Shown here: in pieces, positions 11,601 to 23,840 of the stretch
Numbering within the stretch: position 1 is the stretch's first letter
Layout of the letters: every line of letters begins with the position of its first letter
NCBI GenBank assembly: GCA_001949185.1
Contig: BDGG01000001.1
Location: 3,055,324-3,119,323, forward strand
Direction of reading: 5' to 3'
Source: Ramazzottius varieornatus
Lineage: Eukaryota > Animalia > Tardigrada
Length of the DNA: 64,000 nt
Notes under the pieces: generated by a model
Database searches by the model: none
Seen by the model: only the letters and a program-made list of their open reading frames with translations
Told to the model about the DNA's origin: nothing
Translations under genes and position numbers: made by a program

Positions 11601-14448
11601 TTCAAACTGCGCACATTTGCTTGAGATATTGCTTGGTGCAGTTAGGTCATCTCCTCGTCTTGGGAGTCTTTCCTTCCCAAATTTCAACTATGCCCAAATA
11701 TTCCGGCGCAAATGACGACGGCTAACGATTCCGGCTAACTACGCCACTTCGGGTCAAGTTGTCAGTGAAGATTGTAAAGATGCCGGACTTATCAGATGTT
11801 AGTCCCTCGTCTTTCCATCTTGATTTTGCACACTTGACTTGCCCTCCCTATTTGTGCCGTTAGCCGATGTTGAGAACCCATCTCTCAATATTAATATGGA
11901 CAACAGCATGGTCACCGGAGATATGTATGTCAGCCATTATGTCTTTAATGGAGAAAAAGAAAGAAAACGGGTCAGAGAGGGACACGGAAAGAATTCCGCC
12001 GGTGTTTGGTGGTGAAAGGCAGTGAAGAGGAGACAATTCACAGTTGCCGATATGCTTCTTATTATATTCCTTCTTTCGTGCCGAGGAAGCCATCTCGCAT
12101 GCAGCTGGACGTCTCATTTATCTCAGTGTGCACAGAGGCCTTTGTTCTCCGCCATTCTTATTCTTTCTTTGTCATGCTTTGCATCGCTGCTAACTGTGAC
12201 GCTTCCTGCCTTTCACGAGATTTGATGACATTGACGGCCTATAATCTCCTCGCGCTTAATTGCCGACTCTTGTTGTAATCTTCCTTCATCAACACACCAG
12301 TAACTGTCCAACTAACCCGTAATCCCCACATATCATAATTTGCCAGTAGCCCATCCATAAAGGATGTTTTCATGGGAGAGAGGCATGCTGATGAGGGTCC
12401 CTGGAGAGCTACTTGTCCGACAAAATACGCAACGAAACTTTTCTAGCTTGATTATGATCAACGAACCCACTGCTTTCTGCCGGAGTAACTCAAGTCTCCT
12501 GGTACAGTTGGCCGAGATTACCGTTGCAGGTCAAAATGAGTTTACGGTATTAAACTGATTTGTTTAACTTGCTCATATCCGATAATTTTGTAATCGCTAA
12601 TAAAAATGGCAATCGGCGATTTATATCTACTGTAGTTCGAACTGCGATGTCGATGCCGGCCAGTATAAGGAGACGCAACTTTCAAAGCGAAAAGTATCTC
12701 CAGACTGATATGGAATCTGACAAGGAAGCATTACAGTGCGGATACAAAAATGGAATGACTATCAGATCGAAAATAATTTCAATCTACTCATGAAACCAGC
12801 CAGCTCTTTCATCATTTTAGTTTCCTTTTCCTCGATGAGCGACGCTATCTGTCAATGCAAGCTGTCTGCCGTCCAATTTCAGTATCCACTATTTTCTGTG
12901 AACTCTGTCGCTATTCATTAGAGCGGAAATACTAAATTCCATCCACTGCCGACTGTCATTCGCAACTTCTGGCGTCAGGGAAAGGATAGTTCGTGGTTCT
13001 ATTCAGAATGCCCGTGATCGACCGACGTCCACTTTTTTATCGACTGCAATCTACAGAGCCTGATACCAATAAATATAATGTTTGAAATTAGCAAGGTTTT
13101 CACTTCGGAGCATCTCATCATCTCTAGTGCTTGAAATACTGGTAGAATAATAACTCACGAGGATCTTCATGGGACGCTGGTGGATTGTTCACAGGGGAGT
13201 AAATCTTCGACAACGGGTATGCATTGATAGCAGACGCCGAAGTTGTAGATAAGCAACTGCCTTCGATACGAACTTATCGCTGGAATCGTGAGGGTAAAGA
13301 TCGTAAAGCTTCTGCGGTGAAACGTGGAAAGAAGCCGCGGAGTACCCAACCGACTTCGCTGAGGAGCTTGGAGGCAACAGAGCGACTGCGTTGACGTCCG
13401 CCATGTTTACTTCAGCTTGCTTTATGTTCAATTCTGTTTGCAAACGGATAGCGGTGTTGCTCTAAGTTAAGGTTTATACATAGTATTTCCCCGATCAAAC
13501 GGTTGGAGTTTGCGGGTGTCACAGTAAAACTCCGAGAAGGTCGCGGCTTGTCAAACGATTAAAGAGGGCTGTTGGGGATCTCAGGTCTAGGATAGCTTCG
13601 GTGGTCACTTGAAGAAGTTAGTCGCGCTGTGTGGTTAAGTGCGCTTCAATTGCGTCGACTCCCCACGTGCAGTTCTTGAAAGGAGGCTTGTTTTTATTGC
13701 TCAAGTTAAAGTTCAAATCCAAAATTATAGAGAAAATTTCTTTACTGATTGCTTTTCATCTCGAAGCTATTTTTTGAGTTATCTTTTGAGCCTGAACCAG
13801 TTTCTAAAGTATTTTGTCTTCATACAATAGAAAGATGATTCTGTTTCACGTCGCATTGACTGCTTTGATCATCTTCAGGCGTTCTACGATGCAACCAAAG
13901 AACAAAACTTGTTTGCCTGGCTTTTCCATCGAAAATAGCAAACGAGAACATGTTTCGTCTTTTCGGACATTGGTTACACTTGATGTGCGTTATTAACAGA
14001 TCTGGAGTGACGGATGCTTATCCGAGACCTTTTGCTTCTACCCCACGTAAAAAATCGTTCAACAGAAAAGCCATTAAAGATGTTGTTACTACTGATTCGA
14101 ATTAGCGCCCAATCAAGAGTTCAAAACAACCCCATTGAACTTCAGGACTGATTTGTGATTAGGCTTTATTTCGAATTCGATGATAAGGTTGGTTCCGCGT
14201 TGCACCAAGTTTCCTCCCCAAGCATCAATTGTAATGCTTTCTCGTAATCCGTCAAGAAGAAGGATTTGATGGATAGTTTTGGAAAGAAACATGGTACTAT
14301 TTGATATTTACAGATGGTAGGAACATGTGGTCATGTCATGAAGTGGACTTGATAAACTAATCTGAGCTAATTTAATTGCAGATCTGGATGCAACTACCAT
14401 TTCCCCTCTTCGGTCAACTTCCGACGCTAAACAGAACCTGAGGCGACG

Positions 14449-17400
14449 ATGGCCCAGGCTACACAAACGTTTTTTACCGGATCTTTTCCATGTTACATCT
14501 GGCTACTTCTCAAAACGATAACTTGCTTGGAAGCATCGAGATCATCAGTGCCTTCTTTTACCCTCCATCCTCAATCCCAGATACTCCTTACACGCGCGAG
14601 ACTGACGCTCAACTGCACTGTCAGCCTGGGCTCCGTGAGCGGAGATGGCCGGCAGCTGGACATTAGCAGTATAAAGTGGCTGTTGAACGGAAGTCGCTTG
14701 GACAGTGACCAGAAAGAGGGCGACATCCAGATCGATATGCAAAGCCCAAATCGTAATCAGACCGTCTTGATTATCGAGAAATTCCACAGCAGCAAAGATG
14801 GTGTTTACCAGTGCCTTGCCAAGTTCAACCATCCCGATTTGCCGGCAGAGCAAGAGATCAGTTTGCTTAGCTTGCCGGCCTCGGTGACTTCTGCCTGTAA
14901 GCAATATCTCATTACAAGCTCTCCATTTGAGACATCCCCAGTCAGGCTTATAAGCCTGTACAGTAGACCAAGGCTGTAAATTCAAACGGCCCTAGTTTTA
15001 TAAGCACGTTCACCAGGAGGACCGTAAACTTTGTTTGGGACAGACGACCTTTAATACTCAGGCAAGCTGAAAAACAATCCCGTACTGTTTTCGAATGGTG
15101 AAGAAGTTACACTGTAGAAGAATGGCAAGATTTAATCCTTAAGCTTGTAACGACTCTGCTTTACATTAACAGACTTCAGAAACCGAACAACGAGTGGGCC
15201 GTGTACGCATATCGCTTTTGTTCATTGCAGCCATGCCGAGAATGCGGAAGTCCCCCGACGTGATAGTGGAAGTGATGGAGAACCAAACTGCCGTCCTGTC
15301 TTGTGATATACCGGAAATGCATCCCGCACCGATCGTGTCGTTTCTAATGGAGAAAAATCCAAGCGTTAGGCTCCCTCATTTTTCCAACAAGTACTACACT
15401 TCCCAGCGGGGAAGTCTTCAGATCGGTCGTGTCACACACGAAGACGCTAGTCATTATCGGTGCTTGTATACCAATCCAGTGGGTGGCCACGAGAGAAAGT
15501 CACGCCAGCGCATCCATCTTAAAGTCGTCAAAACACCGAAAAATATGGCAGCAGCTCAGAAGCTCAAGTTACTGCCACCAGCGCCTCAATTCACTGTGCG
15601 TGCGCTGCCTGGGACTAATCTGACCCTCGAGTGCGCCGCGTCAGGCATTCCACCACCGGTAAGATAAAACGAACTCAGAAATTGGTGTAGCTCCACAAAT
15701 ACATATGTATACCGATGGCGCCTTATGGGTTATCTAAGAATACTGGATACAGTGTTGGAATTCATAATGACTGTTGGCTAAAGCTGGTGATCACATATTT
15801 TGTTTTAGGTCATAACCTGGGAACGGTATGGAGGATCCCTTCCGCCTACGCACGAGAGGATTCTGGGTAACCTGCGCATTGTGACCTTCCAGCAAAGCGA
15901 TGCGGGCACGTATGTCTGCAAGGCCACATCGGGTAGTGAAGTGGTCGAGTCGATCCGCAGCGTGGAACTCGCAGAAGCTCCCCGGTTCCTCAACGACACC
16001 GATGCTCAAGAAATGATACCGGTCTACTCCGGCGAGCCCTTCTCGTTACAATGTCCAGTAACCGGGAACCCACTCCCTTCGATCCAGTGGTTTCATAACG
16101 GACTACTGCTGCCAAGCGAGAACGATGCGACGTTCGATGTCGAGAACGCTGTCTCTTCGCACAGTGGATTGTACCAGTGCTTTGTGTCTTCGGTGTATGG
16201 AAGCATTTCTAGAACGTTCCAAGTAAGAGCGGGACTACAAACTACCACCACCTCAACTACCACGACCACTCCGACGACCACCGTAAGTCTCAACTGACTC
16301 AACTGACGCGCAAGCGACAGGTTACCCAGTACCCAGTTACGAACGAAGGAAATTGTTCAACACAGTAGGCTATCCAAGTTTTCCATTTGAACTGCTGCAC
16401 GCCCGATTAGTTTACCTGACGCAATAAATATTCACAAATCACGCGTAGCTCACTAATGTCTTAAATAATTTTTCAGACCACGACCAAGACAATAACGACT
16501 CCTACAACAACAACAACAACAACAACAACGGAAGCCACCACCACGTCGACGAAGCCCACTACTACCACTACTGAGCCAACAACCACAACCAACGAGGTAT
16601 TGACGTCGACTGCCACCGAGCCCTCGACCACGAGCACCATGACACCCGGCTTAGTACCGGTGATCTATCCGGAGCCCGAAGTAACCAACGCGGAGGTGCC
16701 ACCAAGCAGCACGGCAGAATCTCCCGGTGATCTGGATGAGGAAGAGGAGACAGGAGGGACAACTGCAGCGACAACTTTACTAGCGATGGAAGAAGACCCA
16801 TCGACCATAACTACGGCTGCCTTCACCGTCACGACCACGCCCATGTGGTTTGACGACGACGAAACTTCGCCGCCATCAGTGAACCCTCCGGTCACGGACG
16901 AATTTTCAGAGTTACCCGACTGGATGCCGGATGGAGTTTTGGATATTGATTATGAGCAGTACGTGAAGACCGCGGACAGTGCTGTAGATCAGAGAACGAC
17001 GAACCATCTGACCACCCGAAACACAACAACGACCACGCAAGAACCCGAAGTGGTAACCAAGAAGCCGAAGAAGGGAAAGAAGTACAATACAACACCGAGA
17101 ACCAGGCTGGACGAGTACGACGAAGAAGAGGATGAAGAGGAAGAGATTATGATCCCGCCCTCGCGCCCTGACGTCGAGAGGACAGCGGATAACTCGGTGA
17201 TGCTGAAATGGGAAGTGCCGCCGAATGACGGTCTGGAAATTTTGTACTTCAAAGTGCAGGTATGACTTCCGCATAACCCAAAAAACAGCCCAAAGAATTT
17301 TTTCCTGATAGGTGCGGAATATGGACACGCACAAAGACTGGAAGGCCGTGTCAGAGACCATACCGAACGATGCAAGGGAGTACCGGTACACGGACACGGA

Positions 17401-18970
17401 AGAAGGCGCCTCGTACCGTTTCCGCATTCTCGCTGTCTTTGTCAATAACGAAAGCAAGCCAGGGAAGAAATCGAAGAAAGTCAAGATTCCAAAACGTTCT
17501 GGCGGGGAAGAGAAGCACTTTAGTTCAGACGTTCCGAAAGTGACAGAGATCGGTCAAATTGGATTACATGTTGAGCGTATGGGCGAAGAACTATCAGTGG
17601 AGTCTCCTGCAAGGCATCCGGAAGTGGAGTTCAGTTCTTCGATAGAGCCTGAACCACCTGTGATCGTCCATGTGGAAAGCACCGCAAACACTTTGACAGT
17701 CCAGTGGACACCGCCGATGGACCCCGTCAAAGGCTACTATATCCATTACAAGGAACCTTCAATGAAAACTTTTACTCGTCTGCAAATTCGCGATACAAGC
17801 TCGAATGTTTACGTCATCGAAGGTCTACGACCAGCAACCCAATATGAGGTAAGTCTGGACCGAATTCTTTTTAAGCTCAGTTAACACCCCAAAGCTTCCG
17901 CTATCTTTGCAGGTGAAGATGCAAAGCTACACGGAGATACTCAGTGATTTCAGCGAGAAGTTCGACTACGCTACGCAGATTGCCGCAGTGGAGCCTTCTG
18001 TGGACCTGACTGATGATGGTCCGTCCAGCAACATGACCGGCGGCATGGATTCGCAGAACGTCGTTGTGCAAGAGACGCATGTAATCACGCTGAACTCCAT
18101 GACGGAGACCACCACCTATGGACCAAGCTTCATCTTCAACTTCGCTAACTCCACCCACAAGAGCACGCAGCTGCTGTACATCGTTCTGGGCTCCGTCGTT
18201 GGAGGACTGTTCCTCCTCGTGTTGATCTTTGCTGTGGTCTGTGCCTTCCGCCAAAAACATCTGAAGAAAAGTATGTTAGACCATCAATCGTACGGTCTAG
18301 TGTAAAGATTTGTACTGACGAATATAAAAATTGTTTGCAGAAAATATGGAGACAAGATTTAGGAACAGACTTAGGAGCAGCTCTCGAGAGTTCAATAAGG
18401 AACGGATGGCCACACTGCACACGCCGGCCTTCATGCACCCTGCCTTTTCTTCCAGTGTGGGACCGTACGTAAAGGGCCAAAGTGAAGCCGAGCTGGACGC
18501 AATGCGCCCTCTGTCGTCTCCCAAAGAACATGACAATGACAGCGAACCAGAAACGGAAAGTGTCGAGGTACGGTCCTTCCGGCAAATAATTTGGACTTCC
18601 TGGTCCAGCTGATATCAGTGCTGTATTTTTGCAGCGATCGGCTCCAAGGTCGAGGAAAGCCAGTCCTATGGACAATCATAGTCTCTACCACGACCCCAGT
18701 ATGAACACTTCTTGTGCTTGTTGGTTATAAGTATTGCACGAAATTGACCGGAACTTTATTTCAGACGAAAGTATCTACATGCCGGAAAGGACAACAGATA
18801 CCTTCCGAAGACCCTCCTCATGCGCTCCGAATGTGATTGCCGCGTGGAACGACGCTCATTCTGACTACAGCCGGACCAATACGATGCGAAGTGTGGACTA
18901 TGGCAGACTTCGGCAGCAGAAGCTCAGATCTCAGATCAATCCTCAAGCTCAACTGAACTACTACGAATGA
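14449..18970 (+). CDS. ihog: Interference hedgehog / boi (CDON/BOC family) Hedgehog co-receptor: signal peptide, 4 Ig, Thr-rich stalk, 2 FN3, TM, cytoplasmic tail
   Basis: Ig cysteine motifs (DGVYQC, DASHYRC, DAGTYVC, HSGLYQC). FN1 [52 protein letters not shown] closely matches Ihog Fn1 as I recall it. [28 protein letters not shown]. 4 Ig + 2 FN3 is the Ihog/Boi architecture. About 9 exons; cytoplasmic exon boundaries are approximate. Confidence 0.87.
16503..16528 (+). repeat. (ACA)n microsatellite encoding poly-Thr in the ihog stalk
   Basis: About 8 consecutive ACA units. Confidence 0.85.
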
Positions 18971-19386
18971 AACTCAACAATCTTTCTAGATATTTTCTGT
19001 ATCGTATTCGTACGGGGAACTTTTTTGTTATTTAATTACGGCTGACGGTGGTACAAGAAACCACCCACAGAAAACCAGTTTTTCCTAGCTTATGGTTCCA
19101 CTGTTTCTCTTGTGTTATTGTTGAATGTATTCTAGCCAACTCCGCAACAAGCGATGTATTGTCATGTGCACGACCAAACTTTTGTACCGAAGTCAGTTCT
19201 TGACTTCTTATTTATGCCATTTCATCATTAACGTTTTGGAATTTGCAGCGCAATCTATCAACAACAAAACCCAAAGCAAGAGCGAGAGCTCCACGCCTTG
19301 AATAAAGTTCAGCTGAACTACTGCAAGTAACACTCGAAGAAGCCAACTCAAAGAACCCAACGACCGGTATTTGAGCTCTTGGTCAA

Positions 19387-20360
19387 TTATTTTCCAATGA
19401 AAGGAATGAGTCGTCTAATAACACCACTGCTACCCGCTGTCTCGCGACACTGATCTTGCGGGATAAAGAACCATCTGTATTTCCAGATAATCCTACAAGA
19501 AAACCGCATAAAACATCTTCCTTGATGATTGTGGTATTGCATTCATCGGCCATGCATGTACCGTTCGCGCGAACTTACTTGTGACTTCCATTGTGACCAC
19601 TGCACACTTTCTCTTCGGACCACTTAGCTGACTGTTCATCTGCTGCAGGAGGATCGGTGGTAAAGATAAAGCAGGACCACCGGTCGATAGTGTCATCGGA
19701 TAGAACATCTAGAAGAGAAGCCCACGGTTAGGTAACGTCTTTTTGGCAACATGGGTTCGAGTGAAATACGAATGATCTTACCATTATCCATCGCCCGTAT
19801 GCGCACGTTCACTTTCTGCAAATACAGAATAGATAACCTCGACATTGCGCCAGGCACCGTGATTAAATTCATCCATCGAGAATCAAAGCCGAATTTACCC
19901 GCGTGCTGTGTCCGCAGACATCCTTGCTCAAGATCTTGTTGATATCGACACTCGAGCCTTTTCCCTCAAAGATCAGCGCATACCGGCTGTAGGGCACGGA
20001 ATCCTTCCCGGCGTCATTGTTCGGCGTTTGACTGCAAAATCAGAATTCTGCGTTCGTACCTGGATATTATATAAGCTGGTGCAGGCTGTATGATCGAGTA
20101 GAAACTTACTAGTCAATTGCAGCGGTGATCTTGGGGTCACAACTTCCGGGTATGAGATCGCATGGGAACCAGTTCTTCGTGGTACCGCGTGGGTTTTCTA
20201 GCCGTATTATGTTGGCTTCTATTCTGAAGTATCCTTGTACTTTGGGATATTTGGCCGTGTCGGAAAGGGATTGGCCCAGATCAATGAGACCTGGAATGGC
20301 TACAACCTCTGAGAAAATAACCGCGACGATAAGAAAGGTCAAAGATAATAAAATATCCAT
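19387..20360 (-). CDS. Secreted C2-fold protein, AMNP-like, paralogue A (5 exons)
   Basis: Signal peptide MDILLSLTFLIVAVIFSEVVA; GYFRIEANIIRLENPRGTT; PCDLIPGSCDP; VRIRAMDNDVLSDDTID (C2-type acidic loop); ends GSSGVIRRLIPFIGK. Four phase-consistent GT-AG introns. Confidence 0.85.
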
Positions 20361-21010
20361 TTTTGAACGAAGCGGTAACACAGCTGATGGAAGCTTTAAA
20401 ATTAGCTGGCCTCCGTTTCAAAGATGTAACGTAAATTTTGGTGGACTGGCTTTTATACCTCAAGCTTTGGCCGTCGTACAGGTAAGTCGAGGCCAGCTCA
20501 TCCGTTGTTGCCGCCGTTTTTTACCACCAATACCTGAACGGTGTAACACGTTTTTCCAGACCAGGTCGGTGTACTTTCTCAGTAACCATTGCAGAATTGC
20601 AGAGCCTGAAAGCATTTGTGTTGTACCTAGTGACTCATAAGGAAGTTCCAGGTAGTGAGTGCGCTTTCGAACACTTTCTCTGCGGATATTACGTACTTCA
20701 TCCAACAATACACCTTTGTTTGCTGATGTACCATAATTTTCACACTGTGAAAGTAAGGACTGTTACCGGTAGCAACTCTGCCGTACTGAGTTGAAAAACC
20801 CAGTTGTAACCTGATAGCCGATTTCGATCCCTAAGAAAGGTTCTTCAGCAGTTTATCGTCAACGGGCACTACGTGGTTAGAGGCGGGTATCGAGCAGAAG
20901 ACCGGTAAGCGAGTTTACAGAAAGCGCAGTCGTAGGATATAAACACAACCGCATGAGGTCGGAATTTACGAAGGACGAATAGTTTGGATTCGTCAGGGCC
21001 AAACATTCTT

Positions 21011-21813
21011 TCATTTTCCAATAAAGGGAATGATTCTTCTGATGATACCGCTACTTCCGGCTGTTTCTCGGCATTCGGCTTCCGGTATGAAGAACCAGCG
21101 GTACTTCCATATAATTTTGTGCGATCCGTTATGGCCCTCGCACGTCTGTTCGGCGGACCAGCTTGCGTTAGCTTCCTTATTCGCAGGAGGATCTGTCGTG
21201 TAGATGTAACACCGGAAGTCATCAATCAAATCGTCGGATAGAATGTCTGCAGTAAAGACGGAGCCATTGAGTGTGCCGACTTTAAACTATACAGTAGAAC
21301 GAGGTCCAGCTCACCTTTATCGATTGCGTGGACCCTAACGTTGATCTTCCTTGTACTTTTTCCGCAAATGTCTTTCGACACAATTTTATTAATCTCCACA
21401 TCGGCCAGCCGAGAACCATCGAAAACCTGTACGTATCTGCTGAAAGGCACAGAGTCCTTGCCCGCATCATTGTTCGGTGTCTCGCTATATATACAAAATT
21501 GATTCCAATTACTGCTAGCGTCTCTCCAGCAAGAACAGACAAATTCATAACGGACTTACTAGTCGATAGCCACTGTTATTCTCGGATCGCAGTATCCGGG
21601 TATGAGATCACAAGGCATGTAGTACCGGGTGGTTCCACGTGGGTTCTTCATCTGGATAATATTAGCTTCAACCCGGAAGTAGCCTTGGACTTCCGGATAT
21701 TTTTTATCGGACAACGACTGGCCAAGATCGATCAAGCCAGGGATAGCGAAACAACTCCGAATGAGTGCACTTAAGAGTGCAAAGATAAGGAAGGTTGCCC
21801 TGTCCAGATCCAT
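21011..21813 (-). CDS. Secreted C2-fold protein, AMNP-like, paralogue B (3 exons)
   Basis: Signal peptide; PCDLIPGYCDP; VRVHAIDKDILSDDLID; ends GSSGIIRRIIPFIGK. Aligns along its full length with paralogue A. Confidence 0.85.
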
Positions 21814-22336
21814 CGTCCTTCGGGAACCAAGAAAAATACAGGAAGAAACTCAAAGATCCCGAAAGCGCGAATGTAGGAATATCTCACCAGATGCCTTGCG
21901 GAAATTTGACAAGAGTGCCTTTTACAGTTCTCATGAACCCGGTATACCTACTTTGCCCTCGAGCTCCTGCCTCTCGGCCGATCGTTCTGACGCGCGGTTC
22001 GCCAGACAGTCACTTCTGTGTGCGGCAGCTAAACAGTTCTGAAAGGTGGGCGTTTGACGTCAAACAAGATCGTCGTGCTTGGAACATTCGCATGACGCGC
22101 AAAAAGCAGTAGGAATGGAATAATAGAGTGACTTCCGCTATGAAATGTATACAATGCTGTATGCATACGACTAAAAATTCAACTCGTGGGCTGAATGAAG
22201 AAAACATCAAACTGGCCGAACTTGACGACTCCGAAAATTTTACAGAAATTTGGAGGGAAAAAGACATTTCGTGCATATTGTGTCAGTCTATTGGTTTGCA
22301 CTGACAAGTGTACATTAGGCGGAAGCAATGGATTTT

Positions 22337-23261
22337 TTATCCTACGAAGGGAACGAATCGACTGATAATACCGCTGCTTCCGGAAGACGCTTGGCACTGC
22401 TCTCTTGGAATGAAGTACCACCGGTATTGCCAGCGAATCCTGTGAAATTATCTCCTTATCTGCACTGTCGCCAAAGAATGAAGCGCACTGAGTTAGCATA
22501 TCTTACTTGTGACTTCCGTTGTGACCGGAAGTGGTTTGTACAGGAGACCACATGGCTTGGGCTTGACTATCAGCGGGTCGGTTTGTCGTGTAGATGAAGC
22601 CACTCCAATGGTCAATGGTATTCTCCCCCACGAAGTCCCGATCCACTGCTCGGACTCTCAAGTTCAGTTTCTGTAATATGGTCGTATGTTATGTTTGTTA
22701 CTCAAACTAGTCGCCTGAAAGGGAAAGCAAGAAAAACGTCCTTACTCTGGTGGAATCGTTGCAGACATCTTTGGTGATGGTCTTGTTGATATTAACGCTA
22801 CTCGTACCAGAGCCATCGAAGATTTTCTCGTAATTGGTGTAAGGTACAGAGTCCTTCCCAAAGTCGTAGTTGGGCGTTTTCCTGTGGAGGTTGAAATAGA
22901 GGTTATAGTCAGAGCAGATCGCGGCTAGAACCAGGATGAATTTGCCCGGAGAAAAATTCGTCCCATGACAAGTATCTGACACGTATTGTCGGCTGTCGAC
23001 AACCTACCAGTCAATCACTGCGAACACTTGAGTGTCGCAAGCACCTGGCCTGGCAATATCGCAGGGAACCATATTACGGGTCGTTCCTCTTGGGTTCTCG
23101 AGAGACAGAATACGCGCTTCTACACGGAAATAACCTTGGATTAAGGGATAGGTTGTGGCATCTTTGGCATCTTGAGCCAGGTCGATCGGTCCTGGGATGG
23201 CGGATACCATGTGGGGTATTCCCGCCGTACAGAGAGCCAACAATCCGATGAATATAGCCAT
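22337..23261 (-). CDS. Secreted C2-fold protein, AMNP-like, paralogue C (4 exons)
   Basis: Signal peptide; PCDIARPGACD; LRVRAVDRDFVGENTID; ends GSSGIISRFVPFVG. Three phase-consistent introns. Confidence 0.85.
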
Positions 23262-23840
23262 TTCAGGAGGGTAATTTCGAGAATTTCCGGTAAAACGCCC
23301 ACTGCGGAATTTGTTATGCTCAGGTTGACTTGGAAGAACCGTCTATTCACAACTACGCTGGCTGGCGCGAGAAGCTTTTTGCAGGCCTCCCGGATGAATG
23401 AATCCTGATGACGTCGACAGATCTTTGGAAGTCATTGGTACTCCAACTATGCACCTGCCAATGTATGCCCCATGACTTTCTTTTGAAGTTCGGTTGGAAC
23501 TGCCGACCTTGTGGTTTTTCAAGAAAACGGTAAGCTAAGGTGGGTACCACATCCGCTAAGCAAACTGACTCAAACAGTGGCACCTACTTTTCAAGCCTCG
23601 CGAAGGTTAACATAGGCCTTTCTGTGTACATGCGCACTGTAGTTCATCGCTAAAGCGTGGCAAACATTCGATCTATGCGAAAACATTCGACTTTGCGGTC
23701 TTAGAATATTTACAGTGTCACTCATTCAGGAACTACCGGTCGACAAATTAAACAGATAACAGCACGGCAAATTAGTCATATGAGACTGACGATGTCAAAC
23801 AAGGCGCAGCACCACCTGGCGAAGTGTTTCCAAGCATTGC

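Noticed and set aside
19387-23261. Secreted C2-type genes considered as Notch ligands (Delta/Serrate N-terminal C2 domain)
   Set aside because: There is some resemblance in G.F...I..L.NPRG, but no DSL, EGF or TM domains follow; the proteins end after one domain.
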